From the NCBI GenBank assembly GCA_946615965.1, contig CAMOIC010000004.1, positions 1 to 62,892 of the forward strand: DNA of 62,892 nucleotides, given 5' to 3'. The DNA is from an uncultured Clostridia bacterium (GTDB taxonomy: Bacteria > Bacillota > Clostridia > Christensenellales > UBA3700). Positions 43,801-51,994 of the stretch are shown here, piece after piece. Both the position numbers and the translations under genes were made by a program. The stretch's first letter is position 1. Every line of letters starts with the position of its first letter. The notes beneath the pieces were generated by a model that was not told the DNA's origin, did no database searches, and was given only the letters and a program-made list of their open reading frames with translations.

Positions 43801-46800
43801 TACAATTTGTAACTTAAGTTGAGTTTGCTTAAAGTTCTTTAAATCTAGATACCAAGCAAGAACCAATTTAACTTCTGTTTCCCACTCGTCAAACTTAACA
43901 TTGATAGGAATATTAAATGAATCTCCTCTATCTGCAACGATAGTATCAATAATCTTGTTAATATCCCATTCACTACTTAATGTGCTAGCATCAATTGATA
44001 ATATTGCTTGGAAGTCACCAACAACATTTAGAATTGCGCTAATTAAGTCATCATGGTAGTTTTGAGATTGACTAGCTAAATCATCAAATTTAGCTCTATA
44101 CTTATTTCTTAAATTGTAGTCACCAAGTGCTACTGGAGCGGCCTCAGTACCAATTTGAAGATTAATATTTAACTTATCTGGATAATCATAGATATTTGTC
44201 TCAGTGTCAGCATCCCACATTGGAAGTAAAGCACCAGAAATATTTAATGTTGATCCAGTTAATCTGTTTAGATTTAGATCGATTGCTAAATCAAATGCTT
44301 CTCCTAAATCAAATGGGATCTTATCTCCAAATCCTAGAGCTTCAATTAGAGTTTGAACAGCAGCCATAGTTACAGCAAGTTGAACAGTATCTTTGTTGAT
44401 TAATAAACCAACAGCTGTTGATAAATCAAACTTTCCTTCTGGATCTAATTCTTGAGAACCAGCAACTTCTGTAGAATTTGTAGTAGAACCGCTACCACTT
44501 AATAAATTAGAAATATCAAATGATAAATCAAAGATTTCTTTTTCACCAAGTAAATCATAAATTAGTGTTGTGTAATCTAATTTGAATGATAAGTTAGGTA
44601 ATGTAATATTTAAGATGTATAAGTTAGATAGTTCCACATATACTTGAGTTCCATCTCCATATATACCTAAAATAGTTGTTCCCTTAGCCCACATTAACTT
44701 TCTTTGCTTTGGTTCAATAATATCTCCATTAGCATCTCTTTCACTACCAAAGTAAACATCCTCATTAGCCTTTAATTCTAGAACTAGAGCACTTTGTTCA
44801 GGATCTTCTTGATTTAGAGCAATACCAACATTTAGAGAGATATCTAAATCTACATCCGAAGTAAACTCCCATAGAAGTTGTTTATCTGCCATAGCATCTA
44901 ATCCAAATAAAGAGATTAGTGGAGCTAAGTTATATGTGCCAGCGCCAAATGATACGGCAAGTTTCAAACTTAAATATGAACCATCTAATACGTCATAAAT
45001 CAGATTTGTTACACTATCAATATATGGCTTTTCTGTAATTGCGTAATAAGAAGCGTCCGGATCATATTCATCTTGTCTACCAACATATTTTTCATATCCA
45101 GCACCTGGAACATATTTATAATATGTACCTACTGTATCTTCTTTAATATCAACCTTTGTTAATTGGTGAGTTTGTGCAATAATATATTTTCTTAAGCATG
45201 AACCTTCACCAAATGAGTCTTTATATGCACCATATTTATCTAGCCCATCTGCTCTATAGCAAAGCATAATGTCATGAATAGAAATCTTAGCTGTAATACC
45301 TTCGCTCTTAACAACTTCGCTATTGTCGGCACGGTTAGCAACTACGTAATCTCCATCTTCAAGACCAGTACCAATTACCCATTGATCCTTAAATACATAA
45401 GCTCTCTTGTTAGATGTAGATTTAGTACCTAACACGCTAGCTTCAATTGTTACATCTGTCTTTATTGCGCCAGGCAAGAATGCCATTTCAACATATGCGT
45501 ACCCCTCGCTCTTGTATCCGGTAAACTCTTTATCATCATTATAACTAGGATAGTAAACAATAGTAGGAGCTTTTCCTATAACAACTTCTGTTAATTTATC
45601 TGTATCATAAATTACAACATCGTTAACAACCTCTAATACAAGGTGATCTTCTACTAAATCCTTCTTGATTACAGGAACTGGGTTCTCTTCTGTTGCAGGA
45701 GTTACCACAATATCTTCGAATGTATATTCTTGTGTGCAATCTGCATCTGAATAATATACATCATCCTTCTTATATAGAACACATGAAGAATATTCTTTAT
45801 CTGCTACATATAATTTATTATTAAATACATAAACAATACTATATTTATCTAATCTATCTACTAAGCCTTTATCATCAACACGTGTATCTGTCCATTTCTT
45901 TAATGTATTATTACTAAATTCTGAACTTGTATAAAGATCAACATTGTCAGAAGTATATAATACTTGCTTAAATGCAGCTTTATTTCCGATATACCAGTAA
46001 TTATCATCACCTACATAACCGCTTCTTGAATCAACACCTGCTGATATAGCAATTCCAAACAAATCGCCCTCATTAGAGAATTGAACGTCAACTTCTGCAA
46101 TTAATCCTGCTGGCCAAGCAAAACCTAAGTCGCCTGCCAATGAAGATAAAGCTCCCCAGAAGAATTCATTAACAGTAATAGTTAATGCAGATATTTGTTC
46201 CTCTGTAAGATCGTCATTATCGTAATCTTTTGAACTGAATAAATCGTTAAAGCCTACAATAGCACCGATAGCTTTTGCAATACTAACAACATCGGGAGAT
46301 AAATGCCAGTAACCTTCTTCGTCCATTCCCGCTGCAATAGTAGTCATACTAGAATAAGTCTTTGTTTCCTCTTCTCCAGCACCAGCAATCTCATTTTGAG
46401 CATCGATTGATTCATCGTTATTAGCACCTAACTCTTCAGAACTATTATTAGTTGAATCGCCGTATACTTGCTTAATAACATCTTCATACGATGTCCAACC
46501 TTCGATTTTTAATGTATCTCTAAATAATCCATCGATAGCAGTAGCTACAGTATTAATTAAATCTTGAATAATTTGAGGTAAGCCAATAAGCTCAATCTTT
46601 ATATTGCTACCCTTGTAGTAATTAGCTAGAGCACCATGTGCTACACCATCTTCATCTAGAGTAGTTAAATTAGCATATAAACTACCCTCTAAATAATATA
46701 CAGAAAGTAAAGGATAATAATTACCATCTGTATCTAATAAGTAATTACCTTGAACGTCTATTAAATACAATTCAAGAACAATCATGTTTTTATCGACAAG

Positions 46801-48420
46801 AACTGGATTGCCATATTCGTCAATCTTTGTTTCCTTGCCATAATTTAAATCTAAATCTAATGCAATTTCAGCTCTTAGTCCTACTTCTGCATCAATAATA
46901 ATTACACCCTCTGGTAGAGTTGGAGATCCAATTAAAGAATTTACAGCACTACCTATATCTATTGTGCCTTGAGAATCAAGCATCAAATCTAAAGAAAAAG
47001 CAATATTTGTTAAACTAAATGGTTCGAACGATGTGCTAGAATATGTTCTATCTGGAATACCGATATCTATCTTATTATCATGATAAATAGTATTAGAATA
47101 TACCTTAATATCTAACATTAATTCTTTTGTGGATTCTTTTCTACCAAACCATTCATCATTGGTAATATCAGCACCATTATCATTTCTAAAGGCTCTCATT
47201 CCAATAAAATCGGTTGTCATTCCTTCGTTACTAACAACATACTTTCTACCAACTTTTGTATAAGAGCCTCCTGTTGTTGCACCTAACATAGAAACCTTCA
47301 TATTTGGAGTAATCTTTTGTAGGTATGCTTGTAATGGAGCAAGATTTAATTCGAAGCCAAGATCAAAAGCTCCCAATAAACCTGAGGCCATAGATAATGT
47401 ATCATTAATTAACGCGTTAACTAAAACTTCAATGTTATATTCTGTATGTAAAACATCGTTATCGTCAGAATACATTGATACGTTAGCTGGAGTAACCAAG
47501 AAATTCAAAACTGTATTGATAGTTTCATTAAGGTCTAGATTAACCCCATCTAAAAGACCATTTATCAATTGTAATAGTGGCCAATCAGAGATATCACCAT
47601 CATAGTTTCCATCTCTAACATAGTTAATAAGTTCCTTAAATAATTGGAACATATAATCCATATTGAAATCTTCGAGATAAACAACTGGAGCTAAACTTCC
47701 ATTAGCTAATGTCTTTTCTTTTTGCAAATATAAATTATTGCCTACAACACTTAATGCCCACTCAAGCTTGCCACTATTTTCAAATGCAACTTGTTCAGCA
47801 ATATTGTCTGTACTGAAGCTTACAGCGCCAATGCTATTCCCCTCTTCATCAACAAGTTCAGCAGCCCCATCATTTTCTTCACTTTCATCAACTTCCTCTG
47901 TTGAAATATTAGACAAATCAACAAGCTTAATAACTAATTCGTTATCGTTGCCTGTTTGATCTAGATTTGTTCTAACAGCAAATCTCTTTAATGAAACAAC
48001 ACCATCTTCACCTGGAACATTGATATCCATGTAAATACTTAAAGTCTTGTATTTACCATTAGTATCATTTGTTTTTGTTCCACCGATTAGATAAGCAATA
48101 GCTTGAACAGCAGGCATAGTTGTTTCTACTGTGGCTTTTGTATCAGTTGGATTGTCATTACCGCCTTTATCGCCGCCATCAACGCCGCTGTTGCCATTAC
48201 CTGGTTTACCTGGTTTACTTGGCTTAGTACCACCGCCTCCGTCAATTCCAGAAATATCTGGATCTGGAGTAATCCCTGAAGTATCGATACCTGAACTAAT
48301 GCCAGATTTGCTTCCTTTCGTAGGATCAGTCTTAAGATCACAAGAACTTAAAACGAAGGCGAAAAGAATAACTAGCATCATAACTATCGAAACACTAATA
48401 ATCCATTTGCTTTTTCTCAT
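37876..48420 (-). CDS. 3514-aa giant lipoprotein: five repeated amphipathic beta/helix modules, Big_4-like Ig repeats, Tyr-rich repeats
   Basis: Lipobox LSSC; Gly/Pro linker; repeated LxLEL...LxxYxxxxxLYxxL motif; P-x-T-V-x-V-x-Y-x-D-G...V-x-W repeats; AAGGAG SD. Confidence 0.8.
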   Translation of the reverse strand: MRKSKWIISVSIVMMLVILFAFVLSSCDLKTDPTKGSKSGISSGIDTSGITPDPDISGIDGGGGTKPSKPGKPGNGNSGVDGGDKGGNDNPTDTKATVETTMPAVQAIAYLIGGTKTNDTNGKYKTLSIYMDINVPGEDGVVSLKRFAVRTNLDQTGNDNELVIKLVDLSNISTEEVDESEENDGAAELVDEEGNSIGAVSFSTDNIAEQVAFENSGKLEWALSVVGNNLYLQKEKTLANGSLAPVVYLEDFNMDYMFQLFKELINYVRDGNYDGDISDWPLLQLINGLLDGVNLDLNETINTVLNFLVTPANVSMYSDDNDVLHTEYNIEVLVNALINDTLSMASGLLGAFDLGFELNLAPLQAYLQKITPNMKVSMLGATTGGSYTKVGRKYVVSNEGMTTDFIGMRAFRNDNGADITNDEWFGRKESTKELMLDIKVYSNTIYHDNKIDIGIPDRTYSSTSFEPFSLTNIAFSLDLMLDSQGTIDIGSAVNSLIGSPTLPEGVIIIDAEVGLRAEIALDLDLNYGKETKIDEYGNPVLVDKNMIVLELYLIDVQGNYLLDTDGNYYPLLSVYYLEGSLYANLTTLDEDGVAHGALANYYKGSNIKIELIGLPQIIQDLINTVATAIDGLFRDTLKIEGWTSYEDVIKQVYGDSTNNSSEELGANNDESIDAQNEIAGAGEEETKTYSSMTTIAAGMDEEGYWHLSPDVVSIAKAIGAIVGFNDLFSSKDYDNDDLTEEQISALTITVNEFFWGALSSLAGDLGFAWPAGLIAEVDVQFSNEGDLFGIAISAGVDSRSGYVGDDNYWYIGNKAAFKQVLYTSDNVDLYTSSEFSNNTLKKWTDTRVDDKGLVDRLDKYSIVYVFNNKLYVADKEYSSCVLYKKDDVYYSDADCTQEYTFEDIVVTPATEENPVPVIKKDLVEDHLVLEVVNDVVIYDTDKLTEVVIGKAPTIVYYPSYNDDKEFTGYKSEGYAYVEMAFLPGAIKTDVTIEASVLGTKSTSNKRAYVFKDQWVIGTGLEDGDYVVANRADNSEVVKSEGITAKISIHDIMLCYRADGLDKYGAYKDSFGEGSCLRKYIIAQTHQLTKVDIKEDTVGTYYKYVPGAGYEKYVGRQDEYDPDASYYAITEKPYIDSVTNLIYDVLDGSYLSLKLAVSFGAGTYNLAPLISLFGLDAMADKQLLWEFTSDVDLDISLNVGIALNQEDPEQSALVLELKANEDVYFGSERDANGDIIEPKQRKLMWAKGTTILGIYGDGTQVYVELSNLYILNITLPNLSFKLDYTTLIYDLLGEKEIFDLSFDISNLLSGSGSTTNSTEVAGSQELDPEGKFDLSTAVGLLINKDTVQLAVTMAAVQTLIEALGFGDKIPFDLGEAFDLAIDLNLNRLTGSTLNISGALLPMWDADTETNIYDYPDKLNINLQIGTEAAPVALGDYNLRNKYRAKFDDLASQSQNYHDDLISAILNVVGDFQAILSIDASTLSSEWDINKIIDTIVADRGDSFNIPINVKFDEWETEVKLVLAWYLDLKNFKQTQLKLQIVYEGNVWIGLYIYQNSVIVDLKGIGLIDLELKNVKAVANLGSALTALLDDIGDLSLTGLLNNLISDALVGGEAAGNGEAAGQPEEQAGAGESASEDVSGSGEEQLTDPSGAEDPAAAEENNISNNLIALLLSSISAQDSVIFVHIASNVFETIFRELAGFSMYLNFEIDGKLDLLGGKLDLNLGVEKTVTANVSLSIATGARGEFKFDDELDLENVPDANAIRGKVLFENIFDSLDISLYIDLNQSTSTLGDEEAYTRIYLEKLKAPVTLRSDRTAQAGSFLVTLAAIDKNEFENSGTGTKRPIAYVEIDKQMVLHVTFGENVLSILGIDIGNYIKIDTELFPEDEDEKQQGLPTGMDKLYSELEGLLDKLSNLVNSIITPEESEEDEDKGVEGNTTLQSTEENQTTTTESGFTTVGTVKGVKIVSTSGETKFINDESNVGAIYCYKPYSTSNPTTKFFMVDAVNKTTQLSQHSVDDESNIPAASSALVNHVYIVDKSFDYIEKKNDKDVTRHTEDISYYICRNVSKNEYGWYNYDAASGISYMFGNLDITSLFNMINVYLNADKESHVGILNADVDINTYELNSLIDNLMYYILGPETILNLQEMTAYNSRDVEEMKFDSNYLGSVYWNRVEANATFNSLWKQLPELIKDILDSIGQGGISWLIGDGTLGLVKTTLQDLLNRLIPFAVFNESHLGLNIVRGQLTNIYFTNVDHNQAVTKQVYNEETGEYETVAYQYNNGNADLSDKYKAGARKDGYFTSIYIENVSPSIGKTDVIGYYEYDDVNGNYYYNPNTGRYVKGNYVQDGLDENDNPIYSYNRNAGNYVYIATTDTYEKCTYVKKGEGAVTWDSIPSTITYDPYMYASDSDDSVYESIYKSYFADKVATYQLGAKDGNNPIISRSDVTFELTKFYEWKLDSNGKGSYVEASNTNVGTKINSVSSLKQAVALSKPGKYIIKASANFNKGTIDQELEITFVVRSSSAIETIEMPEMFVYSTLPAYIFVTTVDGLSRRFETEELQFYTKTNGVNDSGIVTLYPYVNPKSEDGSWTQVVYVKFPNGTEQPTVVKYKNSTIANTIIANAENNEINIDLYEFVATKVNEEGAEVVSTTLADYTPSTLYYKYEDETAAYIKVDRWITSYTENGVTYDANELFRRITAGDSMYRDTSAAEYKITAVVAEGTWNEQYVPIKFIVKSKEVTSIAFGNDNDKVQVQPYEYYLYLSGDASYNPYPNTVTVNYDTYSELVKVDWTWKTDDEEPSYQYNIPAAVERTATVSLSTEYPAADIFMWTHDINVTIYRNEILAVYFDDALRQTSLTINPYEYNNLTDKHSFFPKEAWVVFTNGLKLKMPVAWDWNEIDSYTVDYATDNIQFTMAIGFDTKDPYSYNEATGEYSINKYIYNYNNVETTPFYQTYVVNASVNVREIENAYVTIKDDVKDVENDILIVDPVSVNYEGDDPLPSKTNVYYKDGGYNQMTVAKWTIFDGENEIDVKDYKFPMDGAKNLKGRMYLTNTVPYKYFDVTIEVLNRGSSEMVVDTSSITNHQINPYEYEVLSNGNITYKEFANELSVKYVTGYTLKLVNNSDSKKTYEETTLDTLTEVSTFRRELRLKYDYNNGVYYYVDSEDNTIECSLVSTPNYETYVLPVTWELDTLSVTGQGGVQLINYSFGSGEYKITKTLAVEFASKEISYVETKEGNDYYELFYKGINLTAAQKSSGKVVQTMTVHFTDGTSSSVLCQIDLTKMRIGSQVYGYTVGSKTPTVYTYTEVANNLFDGTSYTAGTYYIKGAYSKVVLGANDADYDSEQAYYKFYKTVITQESGSYRVSIVDNSGKPVNAYYDETLEAYTDNYLIDYATANKVLYREANGNYFPVSFGDSNSGFIYGSNLTYYFRADVSSDAATKAGTYYTYATTRTRVNYDNETVEEDVYTAIEFAGNGYKYDYDSTYYEVNVENEFTTKVTVGYGAASLAQSATIKVRVVK
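43562..43594. repeat. 15-bp direct repeat (18-bp period) encoding GEAAG x2 in an acidic linker
   Basis: CCAGCAGCCTCTCCG at 43562 and 43580. Confidence 0.7.
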
Positions 48421-48482
48421 AATTTCTCCTTTTATACGCGTAATATAAGAAATTTTTACTGCACATATATTAAAAACGCGTT

Positions 48483-48500
48483 CTTAAATATAACTTAAAT
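48483..48500 (-). promoter_or_regulatory. Tandem ATTTAAG repeat (11-bp period), candidate OmpR/PhoB-type binding box
   Basis: CTTAAAT at 48483-48489 and 48494-48500, third copy at 48513; TAATAT -10-like box 10 nt downstream on the minus strand. Confidence 0.45.
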
Positions 48501-48530
48501 AAATTTCACACCCTTAAATTAGACATAAAT

Positions 48531-48563
48531 AAAAAAGAAAAAGCCCGCATTTTGCTGGCTTTT
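48531..48563 (-). terminator. Intrinsic terminator after the two-component system
   Basis: Minus strand AAAAGCCAGC-aaaat-GCGGGCTTTT followed by TCTTTTTT. Confidence 0.7.
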
Positions 48564-48645
48564 GAGGCGCTAAATTTTACAAACTATTTTTTGGCAAATT
48601 ATAAAGATTTTCTGGCAAACCTTAAACTAAAATTAAATGTAAAAA

Positions 48646-49878
48646 TTATGTAAATTTTTCTTTTGGGAACTCTAAAATTATTTTTAAGCCATGTGGCTCA
48701 TTAATTTCAGCTAATACTTTACCCTTTAGAGCACCACTTATAGTCTTAACAATAGATAGTCCAAGACCAGATCCTCCAGTCTCGCTATTTCTTGAATAGT
48801 CGGTTCTATAGAATCTCTCAAAGATGTTTTGAAGTTCATTTTCCGGAACGCCTTTTCCTGTATCTGCAACTATAATACTGTACTTACTTGAAGTGCTTTT
48901 AAGAGTAACAAATATCTCGTCTCCACGTTTTGTATACTTAACAGCATTATCTAATAAGATAATGATTGCTTGTCTAACCTTGTCTTCGTCGGTTCTACTC
49001 AAAACTCCCTCATCAATCGAAACATTCATCTTCTTGTCATCTAATTGACACATTATTTCAAATGGTTCAACAACATCTTTAACTATTGAGCTTATGTCAC
49101 AATTTTTCTTCTCAAGAATAAGTCTATCTTGGTCAGATCTAGATAGAATTAACATATCTCTAACCATTCGACTTAATCTACCCGACTCATGAGTAACATT
49201 TACAAGCTGCTCAGATACATCTTCAACCTTTTTCTCAGGCTCCGCCATAATAGTGGATATAGACGTTTTTATAACTGCAAGTGGAGTATTAAATTCGTGC
49301 GAAATATCTGAAATAAGTCGATTATTTCTATTTAAAGCATCTTCGTAATGCCTCATCTGCAAAGTAACAATCCAATACGAGAACAATGAAAGAATCAATA
49401 CCGCCGCAACTAAAACAACAACAGACACGGAAACTACTATCCTATATAGATTATTCTCTTCCGTGATATCTATAAAAACAACATAATAAACTTTACCATC
49501 TTTATTATTGCCTGTTGGACCACCTTGCCAGCTATATCTAACACCTTCAATTCTTAGATAGCTATCATTATTCCACTCGCCATCATATGATGTTGGAAAT
49601 CCTTTTGTATCTCCAATAGCTATTCCCTTTTCGTCATAATAAACAACGCTGCATTTTTCATAAATAGATTCTATCTTTACATCTGGAGATGAAAGTACAA
49701 CGTGCGAGGCTACAGATAACTGTTCTTTTATCTTTAAATTGATTGTATATGAGGCAATATAACAAGATAAAACCGCGACTAAAACAAGCAGTATACTAGG
49801 TACTACAATACTTATCGAAAGCAATCTCATAGATTGCTTTTCAGTCTCTGCTTTTGTATAAAGGTCTCTAACCCTCAT
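48646..49878 (-). CDS. Sensor histidine kinase (HisKA + HATPase_c, two TM)
   Basis: ISHEFNTPL; LLDNAVKY; DTGKG; IFERFYR; GGSGLGL. Confidence 0.93.
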   Translation of the reverse strand: MRVRDLYTKAETEKQSMRLLSISIVVPSILLVLVAVLSCYIASYTINLKIKEQLSVASHVVLSSPDVKIESIYEKCSVVYYDEKGIAIGDTKGFPTSYDGEWNNDSYLRIEGVRYSWQGGPTGNNKDGKVYYVVFIDITEENNLYRIVVSVSVVVLVAAVLILSLFSYWIVTLQMRHYEDALNRNNRLISDISHEFNTPLAVIKTSISTIMAEPEKKVEDVSEQLVNVTHESGRLSRMVRDMLILSRSDQDRLILEKKNCDISSIVKDVVEPFEIMCQLDDKKMNVSIDEGVLSRTDEDKVRQAIIILLDNAVKYTKRGDEIFVTLKSTSSKYSIIVADTGKGVPENELQNIFERFYRTDYSRNSETGGSGLGLSIVKTISGALKGKVLAEINEPHGLKIILEFPKEKFT

Positions 49879-50548
49879 TCTCCTCTTTGTCGCTCCACAT
49901 ATAACCGATGTTCTTAATTGTCTTTAGATAACGTTTAACACCGTATTTTTCTAAAGTTTTTCTTATGTTTGAAACATATACTTCAGTAACAGTAACAATA
50001 GTATCTGAATTGTATCCCCAGATTCTATTGAATAGTTGTTCCTTAGAAATAATCATATTTCTATTTCTGATTAAATATTCCACAATATCATACATTTTGC
50101 CTGCTAATTTAACGTATTCTCCATTAATTTTTAGCATCTTACTTACATAATCTAATTCTAGATTTCCATGAACATATTTTGTACTAAAGTTGTTGTTATA
50201 TCTTCTCATAACAGCTTCTGCTCTAGCTAATAATTCATCATTTTCAAATGGCTTTGAAATATAGTCATCAGCGCCTAATTTCAACCCTTCAATCTTCTTA
50301 TCTGTGCTATCTAAAGCTGTCAAAATAATAACAGGAGAAGTGTTAGTTTTTCTCAATCTAGCTAATAAATCAAATCCATTTAGTTTTGGTAACATCAAAT
50401 CTAGAATAATTAAGTCATAACTACCATGTTCTGCAAGGTATAGACCTTCTTCGCCATCTAGTGCAAAATCGCTTGTACCAAGTCTTGATAAAATGTCCCT
50501 TATAGACTGATTTAAAGTTACGTTATCTTCTACTACTAAAAACTTCAT
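49868..50548 (-). CDS. OmpR/PhoB-family response regulator
   Basis: LVVEDN; LDLMLP; GADDYISKPF; winged helix ending TIKNIGY. Confidence 0.95.
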   Translation of the reverse strand: MKFLVVEDNVTLNQSIRDILSRLGTSDFALDGEEGLYLAEHGSYDLIILDLMLPKLNGFDLLARLRKTNTSPVIILTALDSTDKKIEGLKLGADDYISKPFENDELLARAEAVMRRYNNNFSTKYVHGNLELDYVSKMLKINGEYVKLAGKMYDIVEYLIRNRNMIISKEQLFNRIWGYNSDTIVTVTEVYVSNIRKTLEKYGVKRYLKTIKNIGYMWSDKEENEG

Positions 50549-50556
50549 ACTCCCTC

Positions 50557-51252
50557 CTAATTATGTTTACTACCATCAACCCTAGTAATAAAATCTTCGC
50601 ATAGTTTTATAGTGTCAATTTTATATAAATGTGTCCTGTTTGTATTACATACAACATATAGGCCACCTTCAAATTCTTCTATATGATTTTCGCTTCTACA
50701 ATTTGGGCAGCTTGCCTTTGTCGAAAGCTCGTACAATACACCATCATGATACATTGTAGGATCTTCGCCATATTTCATTTTCTTTATTGCAACATTAGAC
50801 TTTGCCATCTTATTTAGTGTTTGCAAATAATGCAAATCTGAAATAAAGAACGCCACACAAATCGCAATAATAATAAATGTCGCAAAGATGACTAATAGTT
50901 TTATATTTGAATTCAGTTCTTCCGTTCCTCTTGCAATAATCTCATCAAGCACAATACATGCAATAGCGACAAAAAACTCAATTATAATCCTAACAATTGC
51001 TGTACTTTTTGCCTTTTTCGCCTCGACTTTCTTTTGTATAAACAAGTCGTCTATATTCCATAAAGGCGCCTGTTTTACATCATCGCTTTGCAATGAAGCT
51101 TTGGATAAAATGAATTGTTTTTCTCTTTCTCTTTCCTCTCTTCTTTCAAGAAAGTTTAATTTCTTTTTATCTGAATCTATTTCTGCTCCACAATGTGGGC
51201 AAAAAATATCTTCATCATTTATTTCCTTTCCACAATGCTTACAAATTCTCAT
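50557..51252 (-). CDS. Membrane protein with N-terminal zinc ribbon and C-terminal Cys/His cluster
   Basis: CKHC...CPHC; two TM segments; CPNC...CNTNRTH. Confidence 0.7.
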   Translation of the reverse strand: MRICKHCGKEINDEDIFCPHCGAEIDSDKKKLNFLERREEREREKQFILSKASLQSDDVKQAPLWNIDDLFIQKKVEAKKAKSTAIVRIIIEFFVAIACIVLDEIIARGTEELNSNIKLLVIFATFIIIAICVAFFISDLHYLQTLNKMAKSNVAIKKMKYGEDPTMYHDGVLYELSTKASCPNCRSENHIEEFEGGLYVVCNTNRTHLYKIDTIKLCEDFITRVDGSKHN

Positions 51253-51256
51253 TATT

Positions 51257-51994
51257 CTATTCCTTCAATAAAAGCGAATACTCTTTTGTCGCTTTCCTAT
51301 ATTTTACAACATATACGATAACTAATGCTAAAAGCATTGCAGATACAAGTCCAATAAAAAACAAGCCTGCACTTAAAGCCAGTGTTATAGACTTTCCTTT
51401 AGTCATCGCTACGCCAACAATCGCAGATATAAACAAAACTAGTATCGATGCTGAAAAACTGGATATAGAAATGAGAGAGAAAAGATATTTATTCTTCTTT
51501 ACGGCCCTATCTACAATTCCAGCAACAACCGTAAGTATAAACAATGCATAAACTACAATAGTAAGAACATACGCATAAACGCCTGCAGAATTACTCTTCT
51601 CTATAACATCTTCGCCTGCATAGTTTTCTACAACCGCTAGAACTATCTTCCAAACTGTTGCATTGCTTCTAGATATTCCAATTGAGTCCATAATATAAAC
51701 GAACCCGCTATTAATTCCTCTAATAGGAGCCATTCCGATGTCTAACAATGACGTAGTGAATGTTTTTTTAGCATCCTCTATAGCAACGCCATCTATCTCT
51801 AAAGTAAATGTTGCCTTAACTAAAGGCACAGTTACAAGCAAAACGAGCATTATAAGCACTAGGACAATAAAACAAATATTGAAAATGCTGTTTAATTTAG
51901 CATTTTCTTTAGTTAGTTCATCTATTCTTTTTGCGTCAGCAGAAACAATAGATTTCGCACCAGATTGAAGTTTTTTCTTACCTCTACTGCTCAT
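51257..51994 (-). CDS. Hypothetical membrane protein (about 4 TM)
   Basis: Hydrophobic segments; ATG 51994 with GAGG SD; TATAAT shortly upstream. Confidence 0.7.
   Translation of the reverse strand: MSSRGKKKLQSGAKSIVSADAKRIDELTKENAKLNSIFNICFIVLVLIMLVLLVTVPLVKATFTLEIDGVAIEDAKKTFTTSLLDIGMAPIRGINSGFVYIMDSIGISRSNATVWKIVLAVVENYAGEDVIEKSNSAGVYAYVLTIVVYALFILTVVAGIVDRAVKKNKYLFSLISISSFSASILVLFISAIVGVAMTKGKSITLALSAGLFFIGLVSAMLLALVIVYVVKYRKATKEYSLLLKE

Noticed and set aside
25814-48420. Cellulosome, sortase pilus, RHS/CDI toxin or phage tail interpretation
   Set aside because: No cohesin/dockerin, LPXTG, YD/RHS core, toxin-immunity pair or phage genes were recognised.
48531-48563. Riboswitch or attenuator in the leader of the giant operon
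   Set aside because: No recognisable aptamer; more simply the terminator of the upstream TCS operon. An attenuator is not fully excluded because a TATAAT lies at 48598-48603.
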